A stretch of 64,000 bases of DNA. It comes from Myxococcota bacterium. GTDB lineage: Bacteria > Myxococcota_A > UBA796 > CAJQPC01. The notes below the pieces were generated by a model, which did no database searches, was not told the DNA's origin, and worked only from the letters and a program-made list of their open reading frames with translations. The stretch is from the NCBI GenBank assembly GCA_036229005.1, contig JAZAMN010000052.1, forward strand, positions 1-64,000, given 5' to 3'. The first letter of the stretch is position 1. Each line of letters starts with the position of its first letter. Position numbers and translations under genes: made by a program. Below, piece by piece: positions 41,908 to 50,852 of this stretch.

Positions 41908-42095
41908 GAGCTACGCACCCTCAATGCGCGCCTTCTCCGAGCTACGCCCTCTCAATGCGCGCCTTCTTCGAGCTACGCCCTCTCAACGCGCGCTTTCTCC
42001 GAGCTACGCCCTCTCAATGCGCGCCTGACGGCCCAAAGCCGCGCACTCACACCCCGTAGCTCCCAAAACCCGCGCACTCACACCCCGTAGCTCCC
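41908..42095. repeat. Two opposed tandem arrays with ~31-bp period (4 + 2 units)
   Basis: GAGCTACGCCCTCTCAATGCGCGCCTTCTCC at 41908, 41939, 41970 and 42001; CCCAAAACCCGCGCACTCACACCCCGTAGCT at ~42032 and 42062. Confidence 0.95.
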
Positions 42096-42105
42096 CAACC
42101 GCCCC

Positions 42106-44208
42106 TCAGCGCCGCCGACGCCACCCCAGCACCAGCAGCCCCACCAGCCACGCGCCGCCGCCCAGTCCCCCGCCGCAGCCGCCGCAGCCCGATTCGGCCG
42201 GAGGCGTGGTCGACGAACCGGTGTCCTCGCCGGTGGAGCTGTCTGCGGTGTCGGGGACGTCCTCCACGCAGTCCTGAATGGTGGGGTCGAGATCGTCGCA
42301 GTCATAGCGACCTACTCGCCCGTCCCCGTCAGCGTCCCAGTCCTCGGCCAGTCCGCCGTTGTGCCCGATGTCCGAGACGCTCCCGTCGGCGTCCAGGATC
42401 GCGGGGTCGCCCGCATCCACCAGGGGGCTCGCGGGGTCCAGCGCCAGCGCGTCGTTGTCGAAGTCGCCGTCCTGGCTCCAGCCCCACAGCGCCGGGTCCA
42501 GATCGACCAGGTCGCCGGTCTCCGAGAGCTCCTCGTCCAACAGCTCCCCGCCCAGGTGCCCGCCGTCGTTGCCGGAGAAGGCCGAGTAGCGGAAGCTGGA
42601 GTAGAACCCGGAGTCGCTGTCTTCGCCGTAAACGGCGCCCTCTCCGCGGTTGTCGGCGACAAGCAGGTTGGTGAACTCCCCGTGCGCGTCGTAGAGGCAG
42701 AGCGCCGCGCCGTGGTCCAGGGCCTCGTTGCCCAGCAGGCTGGCGTTGGTGACGCCCAGGATCCCCTGCTCCACGAAGCAGCCGCCGCCGCCAACCCGGG
42801 CGACGTTCTCCCGGACCAGCACGTTGCGCCAGTCCACCTTGCCCGAGGCCAGGCGGCTGTAGAAGCCCCCGCCGTAGGTGGCGCTGTTGCCGGCGATCTC
42901 GACCTGGGAGAGGGAGACCGTGTCGTTCTGGCTGCTGAACAGCCCACCGCCATACAGCCCCTCCGGCCCGCCATTGTTCAGGATCCGGACGCCAGCGAGG
43001 ACCAGCGTGCCCGCATAGCGCACGAAGGCGCCGCCCCCCTCCAGGGTGGCCTCGTTGTCGGCGATCAACACGTCGGTCAGCGACACCGTGCTGCCGGTCC
43101 ACTGGTAGTAGCTGTAGAGCCCGCCGCCGGCGTAGGTCGTGGAGCGGTTGCCGGTGAGCTCGACGCGCTCCAGGGTCAGGCCGCCGTAGTAGTACTGGTA
43201 GATCCCGCCGCCGTGGTAGCGGGTGCTGTTGTTCCGGATGACCGTGTCGCGGATGACCGTGTCGACGCGGACGTAGGCGAACACGGCGCCCCCGTGGCCG
43301 TAGGTGGTGCTCGCGCCCTCCAGCACGCAGCCGTCCAGCTCCAGCGCCCCGTCGGCGTAGTACATGCCGATGTGACCGGCGTTCCGGTAGGCGTGGTTGT
43401 CCTGGAACAGGCAGTCCGAGAAGACCGCGGAGACCGCCTCGGAGCCGTAGATGCCGCCGCCGTAGCCGTAGGTCGCCTCGTTGTCGATGAACTCCGTCCC
43501 CTCGCCCGAGAGCGCCGTCCCCGTGAAGTACACCGCCGCGCCGTAGCCGTCGTAGAGCGCGTTGCCCTGGAAGAGGCTGTCCCCCACATTGGCCGTCACG
43601 CCGCTCAGGTAGAGCGCGCCGCCGTCGCTGCCGGCCTCGTTGACGTTGAACGCGCTGCCGCCGTAGACCGCCAGGCTCCCCCTCTCCAGGTAGATGGCGC
43701 CGCCGTCGTTGTCCGCGAGGTTGTCCTCGAAGACCACGCCGCTCAAGGTCAGGTCCGCATCGGTGGCGTGGATCGCGCCCCCCGAGTCGCTGGCCTGCCC
43801 CTGCTGAAACCCGGCGTTCTCGGCCGTCAGGACGCCTCCCGCCAGCGAGATCTGCGCGCCCTGCTCGGCCCGCCCTCCCTCGAACTGCACCCCGCTCAGG
43901 ACCAGCTCCTGGTGGCTCGCCGCGATGAACTGCCCCTTGCCCTGGAACTGCAGGTCCACCAGGTTCAGGCGCCCCCCGCTGGCCAAGATCCCGCGCGAGT
44001 CCGCGGGCACCGACAGAGTGGGCAGGCTCTCCCCGACCAGCGTCAGCTCCTTAGCCCCCACGTCCACCTCGCTGAGTTCCCACTCCCCCTCGGGGATGCG
44101 GATCTCATCGCCCGACACAGCGAGCTCCACCGCCTGGGCGATGGACAGGTCCTCGGACACGGTCAGGGTGGCCGCCGGTGCAAGCGAGGACAACAGCAGG
44201 AACATCAC
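42106..44208 (-). CDS. Secreted right-handed beta-helix protein (Pmp-like GGAI/FxxN repeats) with MYXO-CTERM-type tail
   Basis: Many FxxN.A..GGAI/GGG repeats; ends GCGGCGGGLGGGAWLVGLLVLGWRRRR. Confidence 0.88.
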   Translation of the reverse strand: MMFLLLSSLAPAATLTVSEDLSIAQAVELAVSGDEIRIPEGEWELSEVDVGAKELTLVGESLPTLSVPADSRGILASGGRLNLVDLQFQGKGQFIAASHQELVLSGVQFEGGRAEQGAQISLAGGVLTAENAGFQQGQASDSGGAIHATDADLTLSGVVFEDNLADNDGGAIYLERGSLAVYGGSAFNVNEAGSDGGALYLSGVTANVGDSLFQGNALYDGYGAAVYFTGTALSGEGTEFIDNEATYGYGGGIYGSEAVSAVFSDCLFQDNHAYRNAGHIGMYYADGALELDGCVLEGASTTYGHGGAVFAYVRVDTVIRDTVIRNNSTRYHGGGIYQYYYGGLTLERVELTGNRSTTYAGGGLYSYYQWTGSTVSLTDVLIADNEATLEGGGAFVRYAGTLVLAGVRILNNGGPEGLYGGGLFSSQNDTVSLSQVEIAGNSATYGGGFYSRLASGKVDWRNVLVRENVARVGGGGCFVEQGILGVTNASLLGNEALDHGAALCLYDAHGEFTNLLVADNRGEGAVYGEDSDSGFYSSFRYSAFSGNDGGHLGGELLDEELSETGDLVDLDPALWGWSQDGDFDNDALALDPASPLVDAGDPAILDADGSVSDIGHNGGLAEDWDADGDGRVGRYDCDDLDPTIQDCVEDVPDTADSSTGEDTGSSTTPPAESGCGGCGGGLGGGAWLVGLLVLGWRRRR

Positions 44209-44807
44209 TCTCCCTCCCGGGGGACCAGGCCCGCCGCCAGCACGTAGAAGGACTGCTCGGCCAGGGCCATGAGCTGCTCGTGGGTCTGCACCCCGGGCAG
44301 GTGACCGTCCACGTACATGCGACAGAGGCCATAGGTCATGGACTCCGCCGCCAGGCGAACGTGGGCGGGCTCCCGCAGCCTACCGGCCTGCGCGCCCTCC
44401 TCCAAGAGGGCGTTCACGAAGGCCTCCCGCTGGGCCACCACCGCGGAGATGGCCTCGCTGCGATCGGCGCGCGCGTAGTCCGGGTTGTTCAGGAGCTGGA
44501 AGTGCACCGGGTGCTCAAAGGCAAAGCGCAGGTTGGCCAGTCCGACGGCGCGGAAGCGGTCCAGCGGGTCATCGGGCGGGGCCTGGGCCTCGTAGTGCGC
44601 GAGCCAGCCAAGCAGCAGGTCGAGCCCCTGCTCGGCCAGGGCGGTGAGCAGGTCCTCCTTGTCGCGGAAGTGGCGGTAGACCGCCCCCGGGCTGACCCCG
44701 CAGGCGCCGGCGACCTGGCGCAGGGAGAAGGCGGCCAGACCGCGCTCGGTGACCAGGGCCAGGCTGGCGGTGAGCAGGCGCTCGCGCAAGGGGGGGGCTT
44801 GGGCCAA
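44205..44807 (-). CDS. TetR/AcrR family regulator (WHG-like C-terminus)
   Basis: FSLRQVAGACGVSPGAVYRHFRDKEDLL; TTG start after AGAGGA. Confidence 0.9.
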   Translation of the reverse strand: MAQAPPLRERLLTASLALVTERGLAAFSLRQVAGACGVSPGAVYRHFRDKEDLLTALAEQGLDLLLGWLAHYEAQAPPDDPLDRFRAVGLANLRFAFEHPVHFQLLNNPDYARADRSEAISAVVAQREAFVNALLEEGAQAGRLREPAHVRLAAESMTYGLCRMYVDGHLPGVQTHEQLMALAEQSFYVLAAGLVPREGE

Positions 44808-44818
44808 GGGGATCCTCT

Positions 44819-44892
44819 GTAAACAATGTTTACCAAAACGCTGGACGCTGCGCTGGCCAGAGGGTACCTCAGAGCATGTAAACATTGTTCAC
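44819..44892. promoter_or_regulatory. Two TetR operator palindromes
   Basis: GTAAACA-A-TGTTTAC (44819-44833) and GTAAACA-T-TGTTCAC (44878-44892) between divergent genes. Confidence 0.8.
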
Positions 44893-44907
44893 TCCCTGGA
44901 GGTTCCG

Positions 44908-45984
44908 ATGCTCCCCCTGCTGCTCGCGTGCGCGCTCCCCCTGCCCCCCGTGGCCAACGCGGACGACGCCGACTTCCCCACCTGGGACGCCGTGGACGCT
45001 GAGATCCTGGCCGAGATGGAGCGCCGCGACCTGGTCGCTGTCAGCGCCTGCGTGGCCCAGGATGGGGTGCTGCTGTGGTGCCAGGGCTACGGCTGGGCGG
45101 ACCTGGAGTCGGAGACCCCGGCGACCGTGGACACGCCCTTCCTGCTGGCCTCGATGTCCAAGCCCATCACGACCGCTGGTGTCCTCGTCGGCGCCGAGCA
45201 GGGCTACGTGGCGCTGGATGCGCCCATCCAGTCCCAGGCGGTGGGCCTGGATCCCCAGACCACCCTCACCCACCTCCTCACCCACACCGCGAGCCTGGAG
45301 GACGACCTGGACGCCCTCTACGCGGCCACCAGCGCGGACATCGAGCCGGACCTGGAGGGCTGGCTGCCCCAGGAGCTGGCCCGCGAGGACCTGTCGACCG
45401 GCGAGCCTCTCGGGAGCTCCTGGCAGTACTCGAACACGGGCATCGCGCTGGCTGCGCTGGAGCTGCAGCTCGCCACCCAGACCCCCTTCGACGTCTGGCT
45501 GGAGCAGGAGCTCTTTGCGCCCCTCGGGCTCAGCGTCAGCCTGGAGCCGCCCCCCGAGACCGCTCTGCGCTACCCCGATTCAAGGAGCTGGGAAGCAGAG
45601 GAGCTGGTGCGCTCCCACGCGTGGCCGGCCGGATTCCTCTACACCACGGCCCAGGACTACACCTCGCTGCTGGTCGCCATCGACGAGGACACGCTGTTCG
45701 AGGCCGACGGCATGACGCACGCTGCGACCGAGGCCACCGATTTTGGCTTCCTGCCCTACCTGGAGCAGGGGCTGGGCTTCCAGCGCTTTGAGGACGTCGG
45801 CGACCGCGAGGTCTGGGGGCACATGGGCGGCTTCTACGGCACAAACACCATCGGGCTGCTGGCGCCGGACAGCGGGCTGGCGGTCGTGGTGCTGAGCACG
45901 GGCGGCCCGGCCCCGGGCTACCGCGCGTGGAAATCGCTGACGGCCATGGCCGAGGTGGTCCTGGACGAGGCCCAAGCCCAGTGA
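44908..45984 (+). CDS. Serine hydrolase, beta-lactamase (class C-like) family
   Basis: ASMSK (SxxK), LLTHT, YSN and WGHMG; begins MLPLLLAC. Confidence 0.9.
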   Translation: MLPLLLACALPLPPVANADDADFPTWDAVDAEILAEMERRDLVAVSACVAQDGVLLWCQGYGWADLESETPATVDTPFLLASMSKPITTAGVLVGAEQGYVALDAPIQSQAVGLDPQTTLTHLLTHTASLEDDLDALYAATSADIEPDLEGWLPQELAREDLSTGEPLGSSWQYSNTGIALAALELQLATQTPFDVWLEQELFAPLGLSVSLEPPPETALRYPDSRSWEAEELVRSHAWPAGFLYTTAQDYTSLLVAIDEDTLFEADGMTHAATEATDFGFLPYLEQGLGFQRFEDVGDREVWGHMGGFYGTNTIGLLAPDSGLAVVVLSTGGPAPGYRAWKSLTAMAEVVLDEAQAQ

Positions 45985-46008
45985 GCAGCGCTTGCACAGG
46001 GGGAGGGA

Positions 46009-46281
46009 CGCGCAAATGCCGCTGAACGCAACGAGCCGGCGCGCAAGTCCTGCTGAACGCAACGAGCCGGCGCGCAAGTCCTTCTGAACGCAACACCTCC
46101 CCGGAAAATCGGGGGTCCCCGGGGGCCCTTTGTTGCGTTCGACCCGACTTGCGCGGCGCGATGTTGCGTTCGACCCGACTTGCGCGGCGCGATGTTGCGT
46201 TCGACCCGACTTGCGCAGCGCGCTGTTGCGTTCGACCCAACTTGCGCGGCGCGATGTTGCGTTCGACCCGACTTGCGCGCG
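46009..46281. repeat. Two opposed tandem arrays with 31-bp period (3 + 5 units) around a short spacer
   Basis: GAACGCAAC at 46024, 46055 and 46086; its reverse complement GTTGCGTTC at 46132, 46163, 46194, 46225 and 46256. Confidence 0.95.
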
Positions 46282-46282
46282 C

Positions 46283-47998
46283 TCAGCCCTGCGGCGCCGC
46301 CTTGGCCCCGCGCACCAGGCGCCCGGGCAGCGCGCCCGTGGGCTCGCCGTCCTGCATGATGATCTGCCCACTGCAGACCGTCATCTTGTAGCCCTCGGCC
46401 TTCTGGATCAGGCGCCGGCCGGCGCTGGGCAGGTCGAACACCAGCTCGGGTGAGCGCAGCTTGAGCTGGTCGTAGTCGATGACGTTCAGGTCGGCCTTGT
46501 AGCCGACCGCGATTCGGCCGCGGTCGTTCAGGCCAAAGAGCTCGGCGGTCTCGCTGGTCTGGCGGCGGATGATCTCGGCCAGCTCGATGTGGTCGCCGCG
46601 GCTGCGGTCGCGGGGCCAGAAGCTGGCCATGAAGGTCGGCATGCCGCCATCGCAGATCGCCCCGCAGTGGGCCCCGCCGTCGCTCAGACCCATGCGGGTC
46701 TGGGGGTGGGTGTGCAGGGTGTGGAGCACGTCCAGGTTCTGGTCGCTGTAGTTGAACAGCGGGAAGTACAGAAAGCCCCGGCCGTCGTTCTCCAGCATCA
46801 TCTCGTAGGCCAGCTCGCGGGGGTCGCGGCCCTGGGCCTTGGCGAGCTGCGCGATGGACTGCTCGGGGGCGGGCTCGTAGTCCACGCCGCCCCGCATGGG
46901 GAACATCTTGTCGAAGCTCTGGGTGACCCAGTCCTCGAACATGCCGATGGATGCCGGCTTCTGCTCGAGCATCGCGGCCTTGGTGGTGGGGTCCTGCAGG
47001 GTGGCCAGCGCCTCGTCCCACTCCTTGCCCTCCAGGGCCTGGAAGAAGGGGTAGGCCACGAAGGGGTGGGCGGTCACGCGCCAGTTGAACAGGATGCCGA
47101 TGGGGCGCCCGGCGACCTGGGCGACCAGGGGAACGCCGTCCTGGTGGGCCTTGTCCAGATGCGGCAGGATGTCCTGCCAGAGCGTGGGCGCGAAGTCGGT
47201 CTGGGAGAGGTTGAAGGACACCGGGCGGCCGGTCCACTCCGCCAGCTCCCGCATCCAGGGGATCTCCTTGGGGACCTGCAGGTGCTCGCAGGCGAGCTGG
47301 TAGACGCCCGTGCCCGCGTCCTTGAGGGCCTGGCCGATGCCAAAGAGCTCCTCGCGTGTGGCGAAGGTGCCCGGCACGGGCACGCCGTCGATGCTCTTGT
47401 GCAGCATGGTCCGGGAGGTGGAGAAGCCCAGCGCGCCGGCCTCCAGAGCCTCCTTCACGATGGCGGCCATCTGGGCGATGTCCTCTTCCGTGGCGGCCTT
47501 GTTGGCGGCCCCGCGCTCGCCCATGACGTAGGCCCGCAGCGCGCCATGGGGCACCTGGGCGCCGAAGTCGATGGCGTGGGGGGTGGAGTCGATGGCGTCC
47601 AGGTACTCGGGGAAGCTCTCCCAGGCCCACTGGATGCCCTCGGCCAGGGCCGCGCCGGGGATGTCCTCCACGCCCTCCATCAGGCCGATCAGCCAGTCGT
47701 GCTTGTCGGGGGCCGCCGGGGCGAACCCGACGCCGCAGTTGCCCATGACCACCGTGGTGACCCCGTGCCAAGATGAAGGGGAGAGGTAGGGGTCCCAGGT
47801 GACCTGTCCGTCATAGTGGGTATGGATGTCCACGAATCCGGGGGTGAGCAGCATGCCGCTACAGTCAATCTCCCGCGCGCCGCTGAGCCCGGTCCCCACT
47901 GCGGTGATGCGGTCACCGGTCACGGCGACGTCGAGCTGGCGAGCGGGGCTCCCGGTGCCGTCCAGCACCTGGGCGTTCTTGAAGACGAGATCGTGCAT
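46283..47998 (-). CDS. N-acyl-D-amino-acid deacylase / amidohydrolase
   Basis: PGFVDIHTHYD, GVTTVVMGNCG, SDGGAH and G..ADLNVID. Confidence 0.92.
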   Translation of the reverse strand: MHDLVFKNAQVLDGTGSPARQLDVAVTGDRITAVGTGLSGAREIDCSGMLLTPGFVDIHTHYDGQVTWDPYLSPSSWHGVTTVVMGNCGVGFAPAAPDKHDWLIGLMEGVEDIPGAALAEGIQWAWESFPEYLDAIDSTPHAIDFGAQVPHGALRAYVMGERGAANKAATEEDIAQMAAIVKEALEAGALGFSTSRTMLHKSIDGVPVPGTFATREELFGIGQALKDAGTGVYQLACEHLQVPKEIPWMRELAEWTGRPVSFNLSQTDFAPTLWQDILPHLDKAHQDGVPLVAQVAGRPIGILFNWRVTAHPFVAYPFFQALEGKEWDEALATLQDPTTKAAMLEQKPASIGMFEDWVTQSFDKMFPMRGGVDYEPAPEQSIAQLAKAQGRDPRELAYEMMLENDGRGFLYFPLFNYSDQNLDVLHTLHTHPQTRMGLSDGGAHCGAICDGGMPTFMASFWPRDRSRGDHIELAEIIRRQTSETAELFGLNDRGRIAVGYKADLNVIDYDQLKLRSPELVFDLPSAGRRLIQKAEGYKMTVCSGQIIMQDGEPTGALPGRLVRGAKAAPQG

Positions 47999-48030
47999 CC
48001 GTGGCCTCCCGATGGGGTCTTGAGCAAAAC

Positions 48031-48045
48031 GTGAATAGCATTCAC
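48031..48045. promoter_or_regulatory. TetR operator palindrome
   Basis: GTGAAT-AGC-ATTCAC between the divergent deacylase and TetR genes. Confidence 0.7.
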
Positions 48046-48072
48046 AATTCCACCCCGCAAGCTGGAGAAGGC

Positions 48073-48687
48073 TTGGAGAAACCCCTGACATCCAAGAGGC
48101 ATCAGGCAAGGATCGAGGCCTTCCTGGACGCCGCCGAGCGCATCGTCGTGCGCGAGGGCGTCGACGCCCTGACCATGGCGGAGCTGGCCCGGGAGAGCGA
48201 GGCTGCAGTCGGCGCCGTCTACCGCTACCTCCCCGGCAAGGGCGCCCTGATGGCCCGCTTGCAGGTGCGCGCCCTGGAGCGCCTGGGCGAGCTGCTCGAC
48301 CACCGCCTGGAGCACTGCGACCCCGCTCCTCTGGCCCGCGTCGAGGTCGCGTTCACCACCTGGCAGGCCTTCGCCGGGAGCCACCCCGCCCTGCACCGCC
48401 TGGTGGACCAGAGCCTCTCCAGCCCCGACCGCCTGCTCGATGAGAGCGAGCAGCTCCTGGTCGGCGAGGCCCTGTCGCCTCTGCTCAAGCGCTGCGCCGA
48501 GCTGCTGGAGCAGGCCGAGATCGCCGGAGCCCTCTCCCCGGGAGACTCCCTGCTGCGCACCTACGCTCTCTGGGCCGCCGTCCACGGCGCCGGCCACTTC
48601 CGCAAGCGGTGGAGCCCCCAGGCGCCCGACCCCGAGCTGCTGATCCAGGAGCTGATCCGCGGCATGCTCCGGGGCTGGAGCCGCTGA
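48073..48687 (+). CDS. TetR/AcrR family regulator
   Basis: LTMAELARESEAAVGAVYRYLPGKGAL and WAAVHG; TTG start is approximate. Confidence 0.88.
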   Translation: MEKPLTSKRHQARIEAFLDAAERIVVREGVDALTMAELARESEAAVGAVYRYLPGKGALMARLQVRALERLGELLDHRLEHCDPAPLARVEVAFTTWQAFAGSHPALHRLVDQSLSSPDRLLDESEQLLVGEALSPLLKRCAELLEQAEIAGALSPGDSLLRTYALWAAVHGAGHFRKRWSPQAPDPELLIQELIRGMLRGWSR

Positions 48688-48743
48688 CTCCGAGCGCTCA
48701 GGCCGCCCGCCGATGATCCGAAGGGTCCCGGTGGAGGACCCGG

Positions 48744-50075
48744 ATGAAGCCACCGGTGACAGCATGGATGAGCGCAGGGATCGGCGGGGCCTCAGCTCTG
48801 GCGGGGGTCGTGCTCGCAGTCGCTGTCGCCCAGAGCGATCCCCAGGGAATGGGGATGCTCGTAGGCTTGGGCGCCGCCCTCGTCCTGGGTGCGGCGGGAG
48901 CGGGCTTCGTGGCGGTCTGGCAGTTGGCCCCTGCGCCCAAGGTGGTGCGCGTCAAGGTCCCTGCCCCCCAAATCCCTGCCCCTCCCACTCCGGAGCCTCC
49001 CCCCCCAAGAGCGCGCCTGGAGGGCCTGCCCGGCCTGATCGCCCGCCTGGACCGCGGCAAGTTGCTGGAGTGCAGCGACGAGCTGGAGGCCATGGGCGCG
49101 GAGCCCGGTCCTCTGGCGCAGCGGGTGAGCCCCGCGACCCTCGAAGCCCTGGAGGCCGGTCAGCAGCCCGAGCAGTGGGTGTGGGTTGTCGGCGGCGCAC
49201 CGCGCGTCCTGCGTGCGCAGTACCTCGCCGATGAGGACGGGTGCTGGGTGAGCCTGGAGGACCACTCAGAGCTCCAGCGGTGCACCGCTGAGCTGCGCGA
49301 CAAGCACCAGTCCCTCTCCCTGGCCCTGGACCTGCTGCGCCTGGGAGAGCGACCGGAGCCCGCCATCGCCCGCGCCTTCATGTGCCTGAATGGGGCCCGC
49401 GCGGCCCTGCGGAGTGGGAGTGAGACGGCCACCCGGCGCAGCGTCGACCAGCTCCGGCAGCTCCTGATCCACGCCCGCCTCCCCGCCATCGTCGCGGCGC
49501 TGGAGGGCCCCCCGGAGACCGCCCTTCGCGACACCGAGGCCGCCCTGCGCGAGCTGGAGGAGCTGGCCCAGCGCTGGCTGCCGGCGGAGGAGGGAGGGAC
49601 CTTGGCGCTCCGGGAGCACCTGGCCCACCACCTGGCCGGCCGCCCCGCCCCGCGCATCCTCGCCCCCCCTGGCACCAGCGAGGTCACCCTGCCCGCGATC
49701 CACGCCGTGCTCGGGAAGCTGTTGCCCACCCTGCTGGGCACGCCGGCCCAGCGCACCGAGATGGGCCTGGACCCCGAAGGGCTGCTGCGCATGCACCAGA
49801 GCGAGGGCGTGCTGGAGCTGCACCTGGACGGCCCCGGCGTGGACATGAACGCCCAGCGCGTGCTGCACGCCGACCCCTCCCTGCGCGACGAGGCCATCGT
49901 GCGGACGCTGCTGGAGCCCGGCCCGAACTCCCCCTTCCCGCCCATGGAGCGGGCGCTGGGGGCCCTCCGGGAGGCCGGCTGGGACGTCGCGCTGCACCCC
50001 GGCGAGCCCTCGGGACCCACCACCCGTCGGCTCGTGATCCGCCTGATCCCGCCGGGGCTCTCCGCGGCGGCCTGA
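48744..50075 (+). CDS. Membrane-anchored protein with degenerate CheA-like ATPase remnant
   Basis: Two N-terminal TM segments; TPAQRTEMGLDPEG...LDGPGVD resembles the CheA pattern E.PEER...GK..EG...DDGxGID. Confidence 0.5.
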   Translation: MKPPVTAWMSAGIGGASALAGVVLAVAVAQSDPQGMGMLVGLGAALVLGAAGAGFVAVWQLAPAPKVVRVKVPAPQIPAPPTPEPPPPRARLEGLPGLIARLDRGKLLECSDELEAMGAEPGPLAQRVSPATLEALEAGQQPEQWVWVVGGAPRVLRAQYLADEDGCWVSLEDHSELQRCTAELRDKHQSLSLALDLLRLGERPEPAIARAFMCLNGARAALRSGSETATRRSVDQLRQLLIHARLPAIVAALEGPPETALRDTEAALRELEELAQRWLPAEEGGTLALREHLAHHLAGRPAPRILAPPGTSEVTLPAIHAVLGKLLPTLLGTPAQRTEMGLDPEGLLRMHQSEGVLELHLDGPGVDMNAQRVLHADPSLRDEAIVRTLLEPGPNSPFPPMERALGALREAGWDVALHPGEPSGPTTRRLVIRLIPPGLSAAA

Positions 50076-50120
50076 GCCCCGATGACGTGGTAGAACGCGG
50101 GGGTCTCGGAGGCAGAACCC

Positions 50121-50846
50121 ATGGATCCCTACCGCCCCCCTCAGTCCGGAATGGAGCTCGCCCAGAAGGGCACGGCCACGGCGGACGACCCCTTCCACGG
50201 CATGGCCTGGGAGATCGGCACGGTCATCAACGTGGCGGTCGAGCGCTTCAAGGAGAACGCCGGCGTGCTGCTGGGCCTGGGCGCGGCCGCCTTCGGCGTG
50301 AACTTCGGCATGTCCTTCGTCAGCCAGATCGTCCTGGCGCTGCTGGAGCCGGGCTCCAACGCCTACTTCGCCGTCTTCTCCGTCATCCAGCTCATCTCGA
50401 TCGTCCTGCAGACCGCCGTCACCCTGGGCGTCATCAAGGTCGCCATCTCCGTCGCCCGCAACGAAGAGGCGAGCGTCGCGGACATGCTCAAGGTGCTGCC
50501 GGTGCTGGTCCCCGGCATGCTGGCCAGCCTGCTGGTGGGCATGGGCACGATGGTGGGCTTCATGCTGCTCATCGTCCCCGGCTTCCTGTGGCTGGCCGCC
50601 ACCCTGTTCTCCCTCTACGGCATCGTGGACAAGGAGCTGGGCGTCATCGACGGCATCAAGCACAGCCTCGCGGTCACCGAGGGCGAGCTCGGCAAGCTGC
50701 TGCTGTGGACCTTCGTGGCGGGCCTGCTGATGGTCGCGCTGACCGTGTTCACCTGCGGCTTCGGCATGCTGGTGGCCAACCCGCTGATGTTCGTCGCCAA
50801 CGCGCTGATCTACGACAACATGGCCCGCCGCAAGGGCCTGGCCTGA
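50121..50846 (+). CDS. Integral membrane protein (DUF975/YciC-like)
   Basis: DPYRPP N-terminus, GFMLLIVPG and IVDKELGVIDGIKHS. Confidence 0.75.
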   Translation: MDPYRPPQSGMELAQKGTATADDPFHGMAWEIGTVINVAVERFKENAGVLLGLGAAAFGVNFGMSFVSQIVLALLEPGSNAYFAVFSVIQLISIVLQTAVTLGVIKVAISVARNEEASVADMLKVLPVLVPGMLASLLVGMGTMVGFMLLIVPGFLWLAATLFSLYGIVDKELGVIDGIKHSLAVTEGELGKLLLWTFVAGLLMVALTVFTCGFGMLVANPLMFVANALIYDNMARRKGLA

Positions 50847-50852
50847 GGCCCG

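Noticed and set aside
41908..46281. 31-bp repeats at 41908-42095 and 46009-46281 as CRISPR arrays
   Set aside because: Units are head-to-tail with no unique spacers, the arms are inverted, and no cas genes are present.
45536..46453. ORFs with repeated peptides across the second array, and similar ORFs at 41316-42090
   Set aside because: They are translations of non-coding 31-bp repeats; the period is not a multiple of 3 and they overlap real genes.
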